DNA from: the human T2T-CHM13v2.0 reference genome, Homo sapiens
DNA length: 64,000 nt
Assembly: GCF_009914755.1 (NCBI RefSeq)
Contig: NC_060933.1
Strand: one strand, 5' to 3'
In this document: piece by piece, positions 1 through 14,460 of the stretch
Layout of the letters: every line of letters begins with the position of its first letter
Position numbering within the stretch: position 1 is the stretch's first letter
Notes under the pieces: generated by a model
What the model was told of the DNA's origin: nothing
Database searches by the model: none
Seen by the model: the letters and a program-made list of their open reading frames with translations, nothing else
Position numbers and translations under genes: made by a program

Positions 1-1670
1 AATGGAATGGAATGGAATGGAATGGAATGGAATGGAATGAAATGCAATGGATTCAACTCGATTGCAATGGAATGGAATAGAATGGAATGGAATGGAATGG
101 AATGGAATGGAATTAACCCGAATAGAATGGAATGGAATGGAATGGAACGGAATGGAACGGAATGCAATGGAATGGAATGGAATGGAATGGTATGGAATGG
201 AATGGAATGGTACGGAATAGAATGGAATGGAACGAATTGTAATGGAATGGAATTGAATGGAATGAAATGGAATGGAATGGAATGGAATGGAATCAACGCG
301 AGTGCAGGGGAATGTAATGGAACGAAATGCAATGGAATGGAATCATGCGGAATGGAATGGAATGGAATGGAATGGAATGGAATGGAATCAACCCGAGTGC
401 AATGGAATGGAGTGGAATGGAATGGAATGGAATGGAACAACCCGAATGGAATGGAATGTAATGGAGAGTAAGGGAGTTGAATAGAATCAATCCGAATGTA
501 ATGGAATGGAATTCAATGGAATGGAAAGGAATGGAATGGAATGGAAAGGAATGGAATGGAATGGAATGGAATGGAATGCCTTCAAACCGAATGTAATGGA
601 AAGGAATGGAATCAACACGAGTGGAATGGAATGGAATGGAATGGAATCGAATGGAATGGAATAATATGGAATAGAATGGAATGGAACGAAATGGAATGGA
701 ACGAAATGGAATGGAATGGAATGGAATGGAATGGAATGGAATGATACGGAATAGAATGGAATGGAACGAAATGGAGTGGAATGGAATGGAATGGAATGAA
801 ATGGAATGGAATGGAATCGTTCCTAGTGGAATAGGAGGGAATGTATTCGAGTGGAATGGAAAGGAATGGTATCAACCAGAGTGGAATGGAAGGGAATGGA
901 ATGGAATGGAAACTAATAGAATGGAATCAACCCGAGTGGAATGGAATGGAAAGGACTGGAATGGAATGGAATGGAATGGAATCAACTCGATTGTAATGGA
1001 ATGGAATGGAATGGAATGGAATGGAATGGAATGGAATTAACCCGAATACAATGGAATGGAATGGAATGGAATGGAATGGAGTGGAATGGAATGGAATCAA
1101 CCCGAGTGCAGGGTAATGGAATGGAATGGAATGCAATGGAATGGAATCATCCGGAATGGAATGGAATGGAATGGAATGCAAAGCAATGGAATCAACTCGA
1201 TTGCAATGGAATGGAATGGAATGGAAAGGAATACATTGGAATCAACCCGAGTGGAATGGAATGGAAAGGACTGGAATGGAGTGGAATGGAATGGAATGGA
1301 ATGGAATGGAAACAACTCGATTGGAATGGAATGGAATGGAATGGAATGGAATTAACCCGAATAGAATGGAATTGAATGGAATGGAAAGGAACGGAATGGA
1401 ATGGAATGGAATGGAATGGAATGGAATCAACCCGACTGCAGGGGAATGGAATGGAATGGAATGCAATGGAATGGATTCAACTTCAATGGAATGGAAAGAA
1501 TGGAATCAACACGAGTGGAATGGCATGGATTGGAATGGAATGGAATGGAATTAACCCGAGTACAAGGGAATGGAATGGAATGGAATGCAATGGAATGGAA
1601 TCATCCGTAATGGAATGGAAAGGAATGGAATGGAATGGAATGGAATGGAATAGAATGGAATGGAATCAAC

Positions 1671-1684
1671 TCGATTGCAATCGA
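1671..1684. other. Representative perfect 14-bp palindrome TCGATTGCAATCGA (about 35-40 copies)
   Basis: Equal to its own reverse complement. Recurs at e.g. 2524, 8496, 10074, 10888, 12931, 46581 and 58761. Confidence 0.9.
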
Positions 1685-1871
1685 ATGGAATGGAATGGAA
1701 TTAACCCGAATAAAATGGAATGGAATCGAATGGAACGGAACGGAACGGAATGGAATGGATTGGAATGGAATGGAATGGAATGGAACGGAATGGAATGGAA
1801 TGGAATGGAATGGAATGGAATGGAATCAACGCGAGTGCAGGGGAATGGAATGGAATGGAATGCAATGGAAT

Positions 1872-1886
1872 GGAATCTTCCGGAAT
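1872..1886. promoter_or_regulatory. Representative perfect three-unit heat-shock element gGAAtcTTCcgGAAt (about 47 copies in the window)
   Basis: Exact match to nGAAnnTTCnnGAAn. Other copies start at e.g. 2724, 4038, 5762, 8687, 11453, 13491, 14321, 34796, 44576, 49921 and 63831. Binding is inferred, not shown. Confidence 0.6.
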
Positions 1887-4800
1887 GGAATGGAATGGAA
1901 TGGAATGGAATGGAATAAACCCGAGTACAATGGAATGGAGTGGAATGGAATGGAATGGAATGGAACAACCCGAATGGAATGGAATGTAATGGAGAGTAAG
2001 GGAGTTGAATAGAATCAATCCGAATGTAATGGAATGGAATGGAACGGAATGGAATTGAATGGAATGGAATGGAATGCAATGGAATGGAATCAACCCGAGA
2101 GCAATGGAATGGAGAGGAATGGAATGGAATGGAATGGAAACTACCCGAATGGAATGGAATGTAATGGAGGGTAAGGGAATTGAATAGAATCAATCTGAAT
2201 CTAATGGAATGGAATGGAACGGAATGGAATGGAATGGAATGGAATGGAATGGAATGGAATGCAATGGAATGGAATGAACCCGAGTGCAATCGAATGGAAT
2301 CGAATGGAATGGAATGCAATGGAATGGATTCAACTTGAATGGAATGGAAAGAATGGAATCAACACGAGTGGAATGGCATGGATTGGAATGGAATGGAATG
2401 GAATCAACCCGAGTACAGGGGAATGGAATGGAATGGAATGCAATGGAATGGAATCATCCGTAATGGAATGGAAAGGAATGGAATGGAATGGAATGGAATG
2501 GAATGGAATGGAATGGAATCAACTCGATTGCAATCGAATGGAATGGAATGGAATTAACCCGAATAGAATGGAATGGAATGGAATGGAACGGAACGGAATG
2601 GAATGGAATGGAATGGAAAGGAATGGAACGGAACGGAACGGAATGGATGAAATGGAATGGAATGGAATGGAATGGAATCAAAGCGAGTGCAAGGGAATGG
2701 AATGGAATGGAATGCAATGGAATGGAATCTTCCGGAATGGAATGGAATGGAATGGAATGGAATGAAATGCAATGGATTCAACTCGATTGCAATGGAATGG
2801 AATAGAATGGAATGGAATGGAATGGAACGGAATGGAATTAACCCGAATAGAATGGAATGGAATGGAATGGAACGGAATGGAACGGAATGGAATGGAATGG
2901 AATGGAATGGAATGGTATGGAATGGAATGGAATGGTACGGAATAGAATGGAATGGAACGAATTGTAATGGAATGGAATTGAATGGAATGGAATGGAATGG
3001 AATGGAATCAACGCGAGTGCAGGGGAATGTAATGGAACGGAATGCAATGGAATGGAATCATCCGGAATGGAATGGAATGGAATGGAATGGAATGGAATGG
3101 AATCAACCCGAGTGCAATGGAATGGAGTGGAATGGAATGGAATGGAATGGAACAACCCGAATGGAATGGAATGTAATGGAGAGTAAGGGAGTTGAATATA
3201 ATCAATCCGAATGTAATGGAATTGGATGCAACGGAATGGAAAGGAATGGAATGGAATGGAATGGAATGCAATGGAATGGAGTCAACCCGAGTACAATGGA
3301 ATGGAATGGAATGGAATGGAATGGAATGGAATGGAATGGAATGCCTTCAAACCGAATGGAATGGAAAGGAATGGAATCAACACGAGTGGAATGGAATGGA
3401 ATGGAATGGAATGGAATGGAATGATACGGAATAGAATGGAATGGAACGAAATGGAATGGAATGGAATGGAATGGAATGGAATGGAATGGAATGGAATGGA
3501 ATTGTTCCGAGTGGAATAGGAGGGAATGTATTCGAGTGGAATGGAAAGGAATGGAATCAACCAGAGTGGAATGGAAGGGAATGGAATGGAATGGAAACTA
3601 ATAGAATGGAATCAACACGAGTGGAATGGAATGGAATGGAATGGAATGGAATTAATCCGAATAGAATGGAATGGAATGGAATGGAACGGAATGGAAAGGA
3701 ATGGAATGGAATGGAATCGAATGGAATGGAATGGAATGGAATGGAATCAACCCGAGTGCAGGGGTATGTAATGGAACGGAATGCAATGGAATGGAATCAT
3801 CCGGAATGGAATGGAACGGAATGGAATGGAATCAACCCGAGTGCAATGGAATGTAATGGAGAGTAAGGGAGTTGAAAAGAATCAATCCGAATGTAATGGA
3901 ATGGAATGGAACGGAATGGAATGGAATGGAATGTAATGGAATGGAATGCAATGGAATGGAATCAACCCGAGTACAATGGAATGGAATGGAATGGAATGGA
4001 ATGGAATGGAATGGAATGGAATGGAATGCAATGGAATGGAATCTTCCGGAATGGAATGGAATGGAATGGATTGGAAAACAATGGATTCAACTCGATTGCA
4101 GTGGAATGGAATAGAATGGAATGGAATGGAAAGGAATGGAATTAAACCGAATAGAATGGAATGGAATGGAATGGAACGGAATGGAACGGAACGGTACGGA
4201 GTGGAATGGAATGGAATGGAATTGTATGGAATGGAATGGAATGGTACGGAATAGAATGGAATGGAAAGAATTGGAATGGAATGGAATCGAATGGAATGGA
4301 ATGGAATGGAATGGAATCAACCCGAGTGCAGAGGAATGTAATGGAACCGAATGCAATGGAATGGAATCATCCGGAATGGAATGGAATGGAATGGAATGGA
4401 ATGGAATGGAATGGAATGGAATGAAATGCAATGGATTCAACTCGATTGCAATGGAGTGGAATAGAATGGAATGGAATGGAATGGAATGGATTGGAATTAA
4501 CCCGAATAGAATGGAATGGAATGGAATGGAACGGAATGGAAAGGAATGGAATGGAATGGAATGGAATGGAATGGAATGGTATTGAATGGAGTGGAATGGT
4601 ACGGAATAGAATGGAATGGAACGAATTGTAATGGAATGGAATTGAATGGAATGGAATGGAATGGAATGGAATCAACGCGAGTGCAGGGGAAAGTAATGGA
4701 ACGGAATGCAATGGAATGGAATCATCCGGAATGGAATGGAATGGAATGGAATGGAATGGAATGGAATGGAATCAACCCGAGTGCAATGGAATGGAGTGGA

Positions 4801-7800
4801 ATGGAATGGAAAGGAATGGAACAACCCGAATGCAATGGAATGTAATGGAGAGTAAGGGAGTTGAATATAATCAATCCGAATGTAAAGGAATGGAATGCAA
4901 CGGAATGGAAAGTAATGGAATGGAATGGAATGGAATGGAATGGAATGCAATGGAATGGAGTCAACCCGAGTACAATGGAATGGAATGGAATGGAATGGAA
5001 TGGAATGGAATGGAATGGAATGCCTTCAAACCGAATGGAATATAAAGGAATGGAATCAACACGAGTGGAATGGAATGGAATGGAATGGAATGGAATGGAA
5101 TGGAATGGAATGGAATGATACGGAATAGAATGGAATGGAACGAAATGGAATGGAATGGAATGGAATGGAATGGAATCGTTCCGAGTGGAATAGGAGGGAA
5201 TGTATTCGAGTGGAATGGAAAGGAATGGAATCAACCAGAGTGGAATGGAAGGGAATGGAATGGAATGGAAACTAATACAGTGGAATCAACCCGAGTGGAA
5301 TGGAATGGAATGGAATGGAATGGAATGGAATGGAATGGAATTAATCCGAATAGAATGGAATGGAATGGAATGGAACGGAATGGAAAGGAATGGAATGGAA
5401 TGGAATGGATTGGTATGGAATGGAATGGAATCAACGCGAGTGCAGGGGAATGTAATGGAATGGAATGGAATGGAATGGAATGGAATGGAATCAACCCGAG
5501 TGCAGGGGTATGTAATGGAACGGAATGCAATGGAATGGAATCATCCGGAATGGAATGGAATGGAATGGAATGGAATCAACCCGAGTGCAATGGAATGTAA
5601 TGGAGAATAAGGGAGTTGAAAAGAATCAATTCGAATGTAATGGAATGGAATGGAACGGAATGGAATGGAATGGAATGGAATGGAATGCAATGGAATGGAA
5701 TCAACCCGAGTAAAATAGAATGGAATGGAATGGAATGGAAAGGAATGGAATGCAATGGAATGGAATCTTCCGGAATGGAATGGAATGGAATGGATTGGAA
5801 AGTAATGGATTCAACTCGATTGCAATGGAATGGAATAGAATGGAATGGAATGGAATGGAATGGAATTAAACCGAATAGAATGGAATGGAATGGAATGGAA
5901 CGGAATGGAACGGAACGGTACGGAGTGGAATGGAATGGAATGGAATTGTATGGAATGGAATGGAATGGTACGGAATAGAATGGAATGGAAAGAACTGGAA
6001 TGGAATGGAATGGAATGGAATGGAATGGAATCAACCCGGGTGCAGAGGAATGTAATGGAACGGAATGCAATGGAATGGAATCATCCGGAATGGAATGGAA
6101 TGGAATGGAATGGAATGGAATGGAATAAACCCGAGTGCAATGGAATGGAGTGGAATGGAATGGAATGGAATGGAACAACCCGAATGGAATGGAATGTAAT
6201 GGAGAGTTAGGGAGTTGAATAGAATCAATCCGAATGTAATGGAATGGAACGGAATGGAATGGAATGGAATGGAATGGAATGGAATGGAATGGAATGCAAT
6301 GGAATGGAATCAAACCGAGTACAATGGAACGGAATGGAATGGAATGGAATGGAATGGAATGGAATGGAATGGAATGGAATGGAATCAACCCGAGTGAAAT
6401 GGAAATGATAGGAATGGAATGGAATGGAATGGAAACTACCCGAATGGAATGGAATGTAATGGAGCGTAAGGGAATTGAATACAATCAATCCGAATGGAAT
6501 GGAATGGAATGGAACGGAATGTAATGGAATGGAATGGAATGGAATCAACCCGATTGCAGGGGAATGGAATGGAAAAGAATGCAATGGAATGGAATCATCC
6601 GGAATGGAATGGAATGGAATGCAATGGAATGGAATGGAATGGAATGGAATGGAATGGAATGGAATGGAACAACCCGAATGGAATGGAATGTAATGGAGAG
6701 TAAGGGAGTTGAAAAGAATCAATCCGAATGTAATGGAATGGAATGCAACGGAATGGAATGGAATGGAATGGAATGGAATGCAATGGAATGGAATCAACCC
6801 GAGTACAATTAAATGGAATGGAATGGAATGGAATGGAATGGAATGGAATGGAATGCTTTCAAACCGAATGGAATGGAAAGGAATGGAATCAACACGAATG
6901 GAATGGAAAGGAATGGAATGGAATGGAATGGAATGGAATGGAATGATACGGAATAGAATGGAATGGAACGAAATGGAATGGAATGGAATGAAATGGAATG
7001 GAATGGAATGGAATGGAATGGAATCGTTCCGAGTCGAATAGGAGGGAATGTATTCGAGTGGAATGGAAAAGAATGGAATCAACCAGAGTGGAATGGAAGG
7101 GAATGGAATGGAATGGAAACTAATACAATGGAATCAACCCGAGTGGAATGGAATGGAAAGGACTGGAATGGAAAGGAATGGAATGGAATGGAATGGAATG
7201 GAATGGAATGGAATGGAATCAACGCGAGTGCAGGGGAATGGAATGGAATCGAATGGAATGGAATGGAATGGAATGGAATCAACCCGAGTGCAGGGGAATG
7301 TAATGGAACGGAAAGCAATGGAATGGAATCATCCGGAATGGAATGGAATGGAATGGAATGGAATCAACCCGAGTGCAACGGAATGGAGTGGAATGGAATG
7401 GAATGGAATGGAACAATCCGAATGGAATGGAATGTAATGGAGAGTAAGGGAGTTCAAAAGAATCATTCCGAATGTAATGGAATGGAACGGAATGGAATGG
7501 AATGGAATGGAATGGAATGGAATGGAATGGAATGCAATGGAATGGAATCAACCCGAGTACAATGGAATGGAATGGAATGGAATGGAATGGAATGGAATGG
7601 AATGGAATGATACGGAATAGAATGGAATGGAACGAAATGGAATGGAATGGAATGGAATGGAATGGAATGGAATGGAATGGAATGGAATCGTTCCGAGTGG
7701 AATAGGAGGGAATCTATTCCAGTGGAATGGAAAGGAATGGAATCAACCTGAGTGGAATGGAAGGGAATGGAATGGAATGGAAACTAATAGAATGGAATCA

Positions 7801-8249
7801 ACCCGAGTGGAATGGAATTGAAAGGACTGGAATAGAATGGAATGGAATGGAATCAACTCGATTGTAATGGAATGGAATGGAATGGAATGGAATGGAATGG
7901 AATCAACCCGAGTGCAATGGAATGGAGTGGAATGGAATGGAATGGAACAACCCGAATGGAATGGAATCTAATGGAGAGTAAGGGAGTTGAATAGAATCAA
8001 TCCGAATGTAATGGAATGGAATGGAACGGAATGGAATTGAATGGAATGGAATGGAATGCAATGGAATGGAATCAACCCGAGTGCAATGGAATGTAGAGGA
8101 ATGGAATGGAATGGAATGGAAACTACCCGAATGGAATGGAATGTAATGGAGTGTAAGGGAATTGAATAGAATCAATCCGAATGTAATGGAATGGAATGGA
8201 ACGGAATGGAATGGAATGGAATGGAATGGAATGGAATGCAATGGAATGG

Positions 8250-8279
8250 AATCAACCCGAGTGCAATCGAATGGAATCG
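8250..8279 (+). repeat. Representative AATCAACCCGAGTGCAATCGAATGGAATCG word, suggesting the chromosome 9q12-type HSat3 subfamily
   Basis: The 30-mer recurs many times in the window. From memory it matches the pHuR98-derived oligo used for chr9 Sat III. The chromosome assignment is an inference and needs k-mer mapping to T2T-CHM13. Confidence 0.55.
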
Positions 8280-10395
8280 AATGGAATGGAATGCAATGGA
8301 ATGGATTCAACTTGAATGGAATGGATAGAATGGAATCAACACGAGTGGAATGGCATGGATTGGAATGGAATGGAATGGAATCAACCCGAGTACGGGGGAA
8401 TGGAATGGAATGTAATGTAATGGAATGGAATCATCCGTAATGGAATGGAAAGGAATGGAATGGAATGGAATGGAATGGAATGGAATGGAATCAACTCGAT
8501 TGCAATCGAATGGAATGGAATGGAATTAACCCGAATAGAATGGAATGGAATGGAATGGAACGGAACGGAATGGAATGGAATGGAATGGAATGGAAAGGAA
8601 TGGAACGGAACGGAAGGGAATGGAATGGAATGGAATGGAATCAACGCGAGTGCAGGGGAATGGAATGGAATGGAATGCAATGGAATGGAATCTTCCGGAA
8701 TGGAATGGAATGGAATGGAATGGAATGGAATGAAATGCAATGGATTCAACTCCATTGCAATGGAATGGAATAGAATGGAATGGAAAGGAATTAATCCGAA
8801 TAGAATGGAATGGAGTGGAATGGAACGGAATGGAACGGAATGGAATGGAATGGAATGGAATGGAATGGTATGGAATGGAATGGAATGGTACGGAATAGAA
8901 TGGAATGGAACGAATTGTAATGGAATGGAATGGAATGGAATGGAATGGAATGGAATCAACGCGAGTGCAGGGGAATGAAATGGAACGGAATGCAATGGAA
9001 TGGAATCATCCGGAATGGAATGGAATGGAATGGAATGGAATGGAATGGAATCAACCCGAGTTCAATGGAATGGAGTGGAATGGAATGGAATGGAATGGAA
9101 CAACCCGAATGGAATGGAATGTAATGGAGAGTAAGGGAGTTGAATAGAATCAATCCGAATGTAATGGAATGGAATGCAACGGAATGGAATGGAAGGGAAT
9201 GGAATGGAATGGAATGGAATCAACACGATTGCAATCGAATGGAATGGAATGGAATGGAATGGAATAGAATGGAATGGAATGCAATGGAATGGAATCAACC
9301 CGAGTACAATGGAATGGAATGGAATGGAATGCAATGGAATGGAATGGAATGGAATGGAATCAACCCGAGTGCAATGGAATGGAGAGGAATGGAATGGAAT
9401 GGAATGGAAACTACCCGAATGGAATGGAATGTAATGGAGTGTAAGGGAATTGAATAGAATCAATCCGAATGGAATGGAATGGAATGGAACGGAATGTAAT
9501 GGAATGGAATGGAATGGAATCAACCCGAGTGCAGGGGAATGGAATGGAATGGAATGCAATGGAATGGAATCATCCGGAATGGAATGGAATGGAATGCAAT
9601 GGAATGGAATCATCCGGAATGGAATGGAATGGAATGCAATGGAATGGAATGGAATGGAATCAACCCGAGTGCAATGGAATGGAGTGAAATGGAATGGAAT
9701 GGAATGGAAACAACCAGAATGGATTGGAATATAATGGAGTGTAAGGGAATTGAAAAGAATCAATCTGAATGTAATGAAATGGAATGGAACGGAATGGAAT
9801 GGAATGGAATGAAATGGAATGCAATGAAATGGAATCAACCCGAGTGCAATCGAATGAAATCGAATGCAATGGAATGCAAAGGAATGGATTCAACTTGAAT
9901 GGAAAGGAAAGAATGGAATCAACACGAGTGGAATGGCATGGATTGGAATGGAATTGAATGGAATCAACCCGAGTACAGGGGAATGGAATGGAATGGAATG
10001 CAATGGAATGGAATCATCAGTAATGGAATGGAAAGGAATGGAATGGAATGGAATGGAATGGAATGGAATCAACTCGATTGCAATCGAATGGAATGGAATG
10101 GAATTAACCCGAATAGAATGGAATGGAATGGAATGGAACGGAACGGAATGGAATGGAATGGAATGGAATGGAATGGAATGGAATGGAACGGAACGGAATG
10201 GAATGGAATGGAATGGAATGGAATGGAATGGAATCAACGCGAGTGCAGGGGAATGGAATGGAATGGAATGCAATGGAATGGAATCTTCTGGAATGGAATG
10301 GAATGGAATGGAATGGAATGAAATGCAATGGATTCAACTCGATTGCAATGGAATGGAATAGAATGGAATGGAAAAGAATGGAATGGAATTAATCC

Positions 10396-13300
10396 GAATA
10401 GAATGGAATGGAATGGAATGGAATGGAATGGAACGGAATGGAATGGAATGGAATGGAATGGAATGGTATGGAATGGAATGGAATGGTACGGAATAGAATG
10501 GAATGGAACCAATTGTAATGGAATGGAATTGAATGGAATGGAATGGAATGGAATGGAATCAACGCGAGTGCAGGGGAATGTAATGGAACGGAATGCAATG
10601 GAATGGAATCATCCGGAATGGAATGGAATGGAATGGAATAGAATGGAATGGAATGGAATCAACCCGAGTGCAATGGAATGGAGTGGAATGGAATGGAATG
10701 GAATGGAACAACCCGAATGGAATGGAATGTAATGGAGAGTAAGTGAGTTGAATAGAATCAATCCGAATGTAATGGAATGGAACGGAATGGAATGGAATGC
10801 AATGGAATGGAATCAACCCGAGTACAATGGAACGGAATGGAATGGAATGTAATGGAATGGAATGGAATGGAATGGAATGGAATCAACTCGATTGCAATCG
10901 AATGGAATGGAATGGAATTAACCCGAATAGAATGGAATGGAATGGAATGGAACGGAACGGAATGGTATGGAATGGAATGGAATGGAAAGGAAAGGAATGG
11001 AATGGAATGGAATGGAATGGAATGGAATGCCATGGAATCAACGCGAGTGCAGGGGAATGGAATGGAATCGAATGGAATGGAAAGGAATGGAATGGAATCA
11101 ACCCGAGTGCAGGGGAATGTAATGGAACGGAATGCAATGGAATGGAATCATCCGGAATGGAATGGAATGGAATGGAATGGAATGGAATGGAATCAACCCG
11201 AGTGCAATGGAATGGAGTGGAATGGAATGGAATGGAATGGAATGGAACAACCCGAATGGAATGGAATGCAATGGAGAGTAAGGGAGTTGAAAAGAATCAA
11301 TCCGAATGTAATGGAATGGAATGGAACGGAATGGAATGGAATGGAATGGAATGGAATGGAATGCAATGGAATGGAATCAACCCGAGTACAATGGAATGGA
11401 ATGGAATGGAATGGAGTGGAATGGAATGGAATGGAATGGAATGCAATGGAATGGAATCTTCCGGAATGGAATGGAATGGAATGGAATGGAATGGAATGGA
11501 ATGGAATGCAATGGATTCAACTCGATTGCAATGGAATGGAATAGAATGGAATGGAATGGAATGGAATCTAATGGAATTAAACCGAATAGAATGGAATGGA
11601 ATGGAATGGAACGGAACAGAACGGAACGGAACGGAACGGAGTGGAATGGAATGGAATGGAATTGTATGGAATGGAATGGAATGGTACGGAATAGAATGGA
11701 ATGGAAAGAATAGGAATGGAATGGAATCGAATGGAATGGAATGGAATGGAATGGAATCAACCCGAGTGCAGGGTAATGTAATGGAACGGAATGCAATGGA
11801 ATGGAATCATCCGGAATAGAATGGAATGGAATGGAATGGAATGGAATTGAATGGAATGGAATGCCTTCAAACCGAATGGAATGGAAAGGAATGGAATCAA
11901 CACGAGTGGAATGGAATGGAATGGAAAGGAAGGGAATGGAATGGAATGGTACGGAATAGAATGAAATGGAACGAACTGGAATAGAATGGAATGGAATGGA
12001 ATGGAATGGAATCAACCCGAGTACAGGGGAATGGAATGCAGTGTAATGCAATGGAATGGAATCATCCGTAATGGAATGGAAAGGTATGGAATGGAATGGA
12101 ATGGAATGGAATGGAATGGAATGGAATGGAATCAACTCGATTGCAATCGAATGGAATGTAATGGAATTAACCAGAATACAATGGAATGGAATGGAACGGA
12201 ACGGAACGGAACGGAATGGAATGGAATGGAATGGAACGGAAGGGAACGGAATGGAATGGAATGGAATGGAATGGAATGGAATCAACGCGAGTGCAGGGGA
12301 ATGGAATGGAATGGATTGCAATGGAATGGAATCTTCCGGAATGGAATGGAATGGAATGGAATGGAATGCAATGGATTCAACTCGATTGCAATGGAATGGA
12401 ATAGAATGGAATGGAATGCAATGGGATGGAATTAACCGGAATAGAATGGAATGGAATGGAATGGAACGGAATGGAACGGAATGGAATGGAATGGAATGGA
12501 ATGGAATGGTATGGAATGGAATGGAATGGTACGGAATAGAATGGAATGGAACCAATTGTAATGGAATGGAATTGAATGGAATGGAATGGAATGGAATGGA
12601 ATCAACGCGAGTGCAGGGGAATGTAATGGAACGGAATGCAATGGAATGGAATCATCCGGAATGGAATGGAATGGAATGGAATGGAATGGAATGGAATGGA
12701 ATCAACCCGAGTGCAATGGAATGGAGTGGAATGGAATGGAATGGAATGGAACAATCCGAATGGAATGGAATGTAATGGAGAGTAAGTGAATTGAATAGAA
12801 TCAATCCGAATGTAATGGAATGGAACGGAATGGAATGGAATGCAATGGAATGGAATCAACCCGAGTACAATGGAACGGAATGGAATGGAATGTAATGGAA
12901 TGGAATGGAATGGAATGGAATGGAATCAACTCGATTGCAATCGAATGGAATGGAATGGAATTAACCCGAATAGAATGGAATGGAATGGAATGGAACGGAA
13001 CGGAATGGAATGGAATGGAATGGAATGGAAAGGAAAGGAATGGAATGGAATGGAATGGAATGGAATGGAATGCCATGGAATCAACGCGAGTGCAGGGGAA
13101 TGGAATGGAATCGAATGGAATGGAAAGGAAAGGAATGGAATCAACCCGAGTGCAGGGGAATGTAATGGAACGGAATGCAATGGAATGGAATCATCCGGAA
13201 TGGAATGGAATGGAATGGAATGGAATGGAATGGAATCAACCCGAGTGCAATGGAATGGAGTGGAATGGAATGGAATGGAATGGAATGGAACAACCCGAAT

Positions 13301-14460
13301 GGAATGGAATGCAATGGAGAGTAAGGGAGTTGAAAAGAATCAATCCGAATGTAATGGAATCTAATGGAACGGAATGGAATGGAATGGAAAGGAATGGAAT
13401 GGAATGCAATGGAATGGAATCAACCCGAGTACAATGGAATGGAATGGAATGTAGTGGAATGGAATGGAATGGAATGGAATGCAATGGAATGGAATCTTCC
13501 GGAATGGAATGGAATGGAATGGAATGGAATGGAATGGAATGGAATGCAATGGATTCAACTCGATTGCAATGGAATAGAATAGAATGGAATGGAATGGAAT
13601 GGAATCTAATGGAATTAAACCGAATAGAATGGAATGGAATGGAATGGAACGGAACAGAACGGAACGGAACGGAACGGAGTGGAATGGAATGGAATGGAAT
13701 TGTATGGAATGGAATGGAATGGTACGGAATAGAATGGAATGGAAAGAATAGGAATGGAATGGAATCGAATGGAATGGAATGGAATGGAATGGAATCAACC
13801 CGAGTGCAGGGTAATGTAATGGAACGGAATGCAATGGAATGGAATCATCCGGAATAGAATGGAATGGAATGGAATGGAATGGAATTGAATGGAATGGAAT
13901 GCCTTCAAACCGAATGGAATGGAAAGGAATGGAATCAACACGAGTGGAATGGAATGGAATGGAAAGGAAGGGAATGGAATGGAATGGTACGGAATAGAAT
14001 GAAATGGAACGAACTGGAATAGAATGGAATGGAATGGAATGGAATGGAATCAACCCGAGTACAGGGGAATGGAATGCAATGTAATGCAATGGAATGGAAT
14101 CATCCGTAATGGAATGGAAAGGTATGGAATGGAATGGAATGGAATGGAATGGAATGGAATGGAATCAACTCGATTGCAATCGAATGGAATGTAATGGAAT
14201 TAACCAGAATACAATGGAATGGAATGGAACGGAACGGAACGGAATGGAATGGAATGGAATGGAATGGAATGGAATCAACGAGAGTGCAGGGGAATTGAAT
14301 GGAATGGAATGCAATGGAATGGAATCTTCCGGAATGGAATGGAATGGAATGGAATGGAATGGAATGCAATGGATTCAACTCGATTGCAATGGAATGGAAT
14401 AGAATGGAATGGAATGCAATGGGATGGAATTAACCGGAATAGAATGGAATGGAATGGAAT
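10396..14460 (+). repeat. Nested older tandem duplication, ~2.04-kb unit (approx. 10396-12438 / 12439-14460); repeated at +11363
   Basis: ORF pairs at offset 2043 (10559/12602, 10777/12820), shrinking to 2038 and then ~1998 through pentamer loss. Shared rare words: GGAACCAATT, AGTAAGTGA, GCCATGG, GGAATCTAAT, GAACTGGAATAG, CCAGAATACA. Several SNVs distinguish the copies. Confidence 0.85.

Noticed and set aside
301-312. GCAGGGG tracts as G-quadruplex seeds
   Set aside because: The G4 runs are isolated, usually 60 bp or more apart, with only GG dinucleotides between them, so there is no canonical G3+ quadruplex motif.
818-855. Complex cassette CGTTCC...AGGAGGGAATGTATTCGAG as a foreign insert or Shine-Dalgarno site
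   Set aside because: It parses into in-register degenerate pentamers (CGTTC-CGAGT-GGAAT-AGGAG-GGAAT-GTATT-CGAGT), so it is satellite-derived.
8256-8271. CENP-B box-like motif CCCG-AG-T-GCAAT-CGAA (minus strand TTCG...A..CGGG), many copies
   Set aside because: A functional box needs TTCG-N4-A-N2-CGGG. Here the spacer is N5, and I saw no copy with the 1-bp deletion that would correct it.
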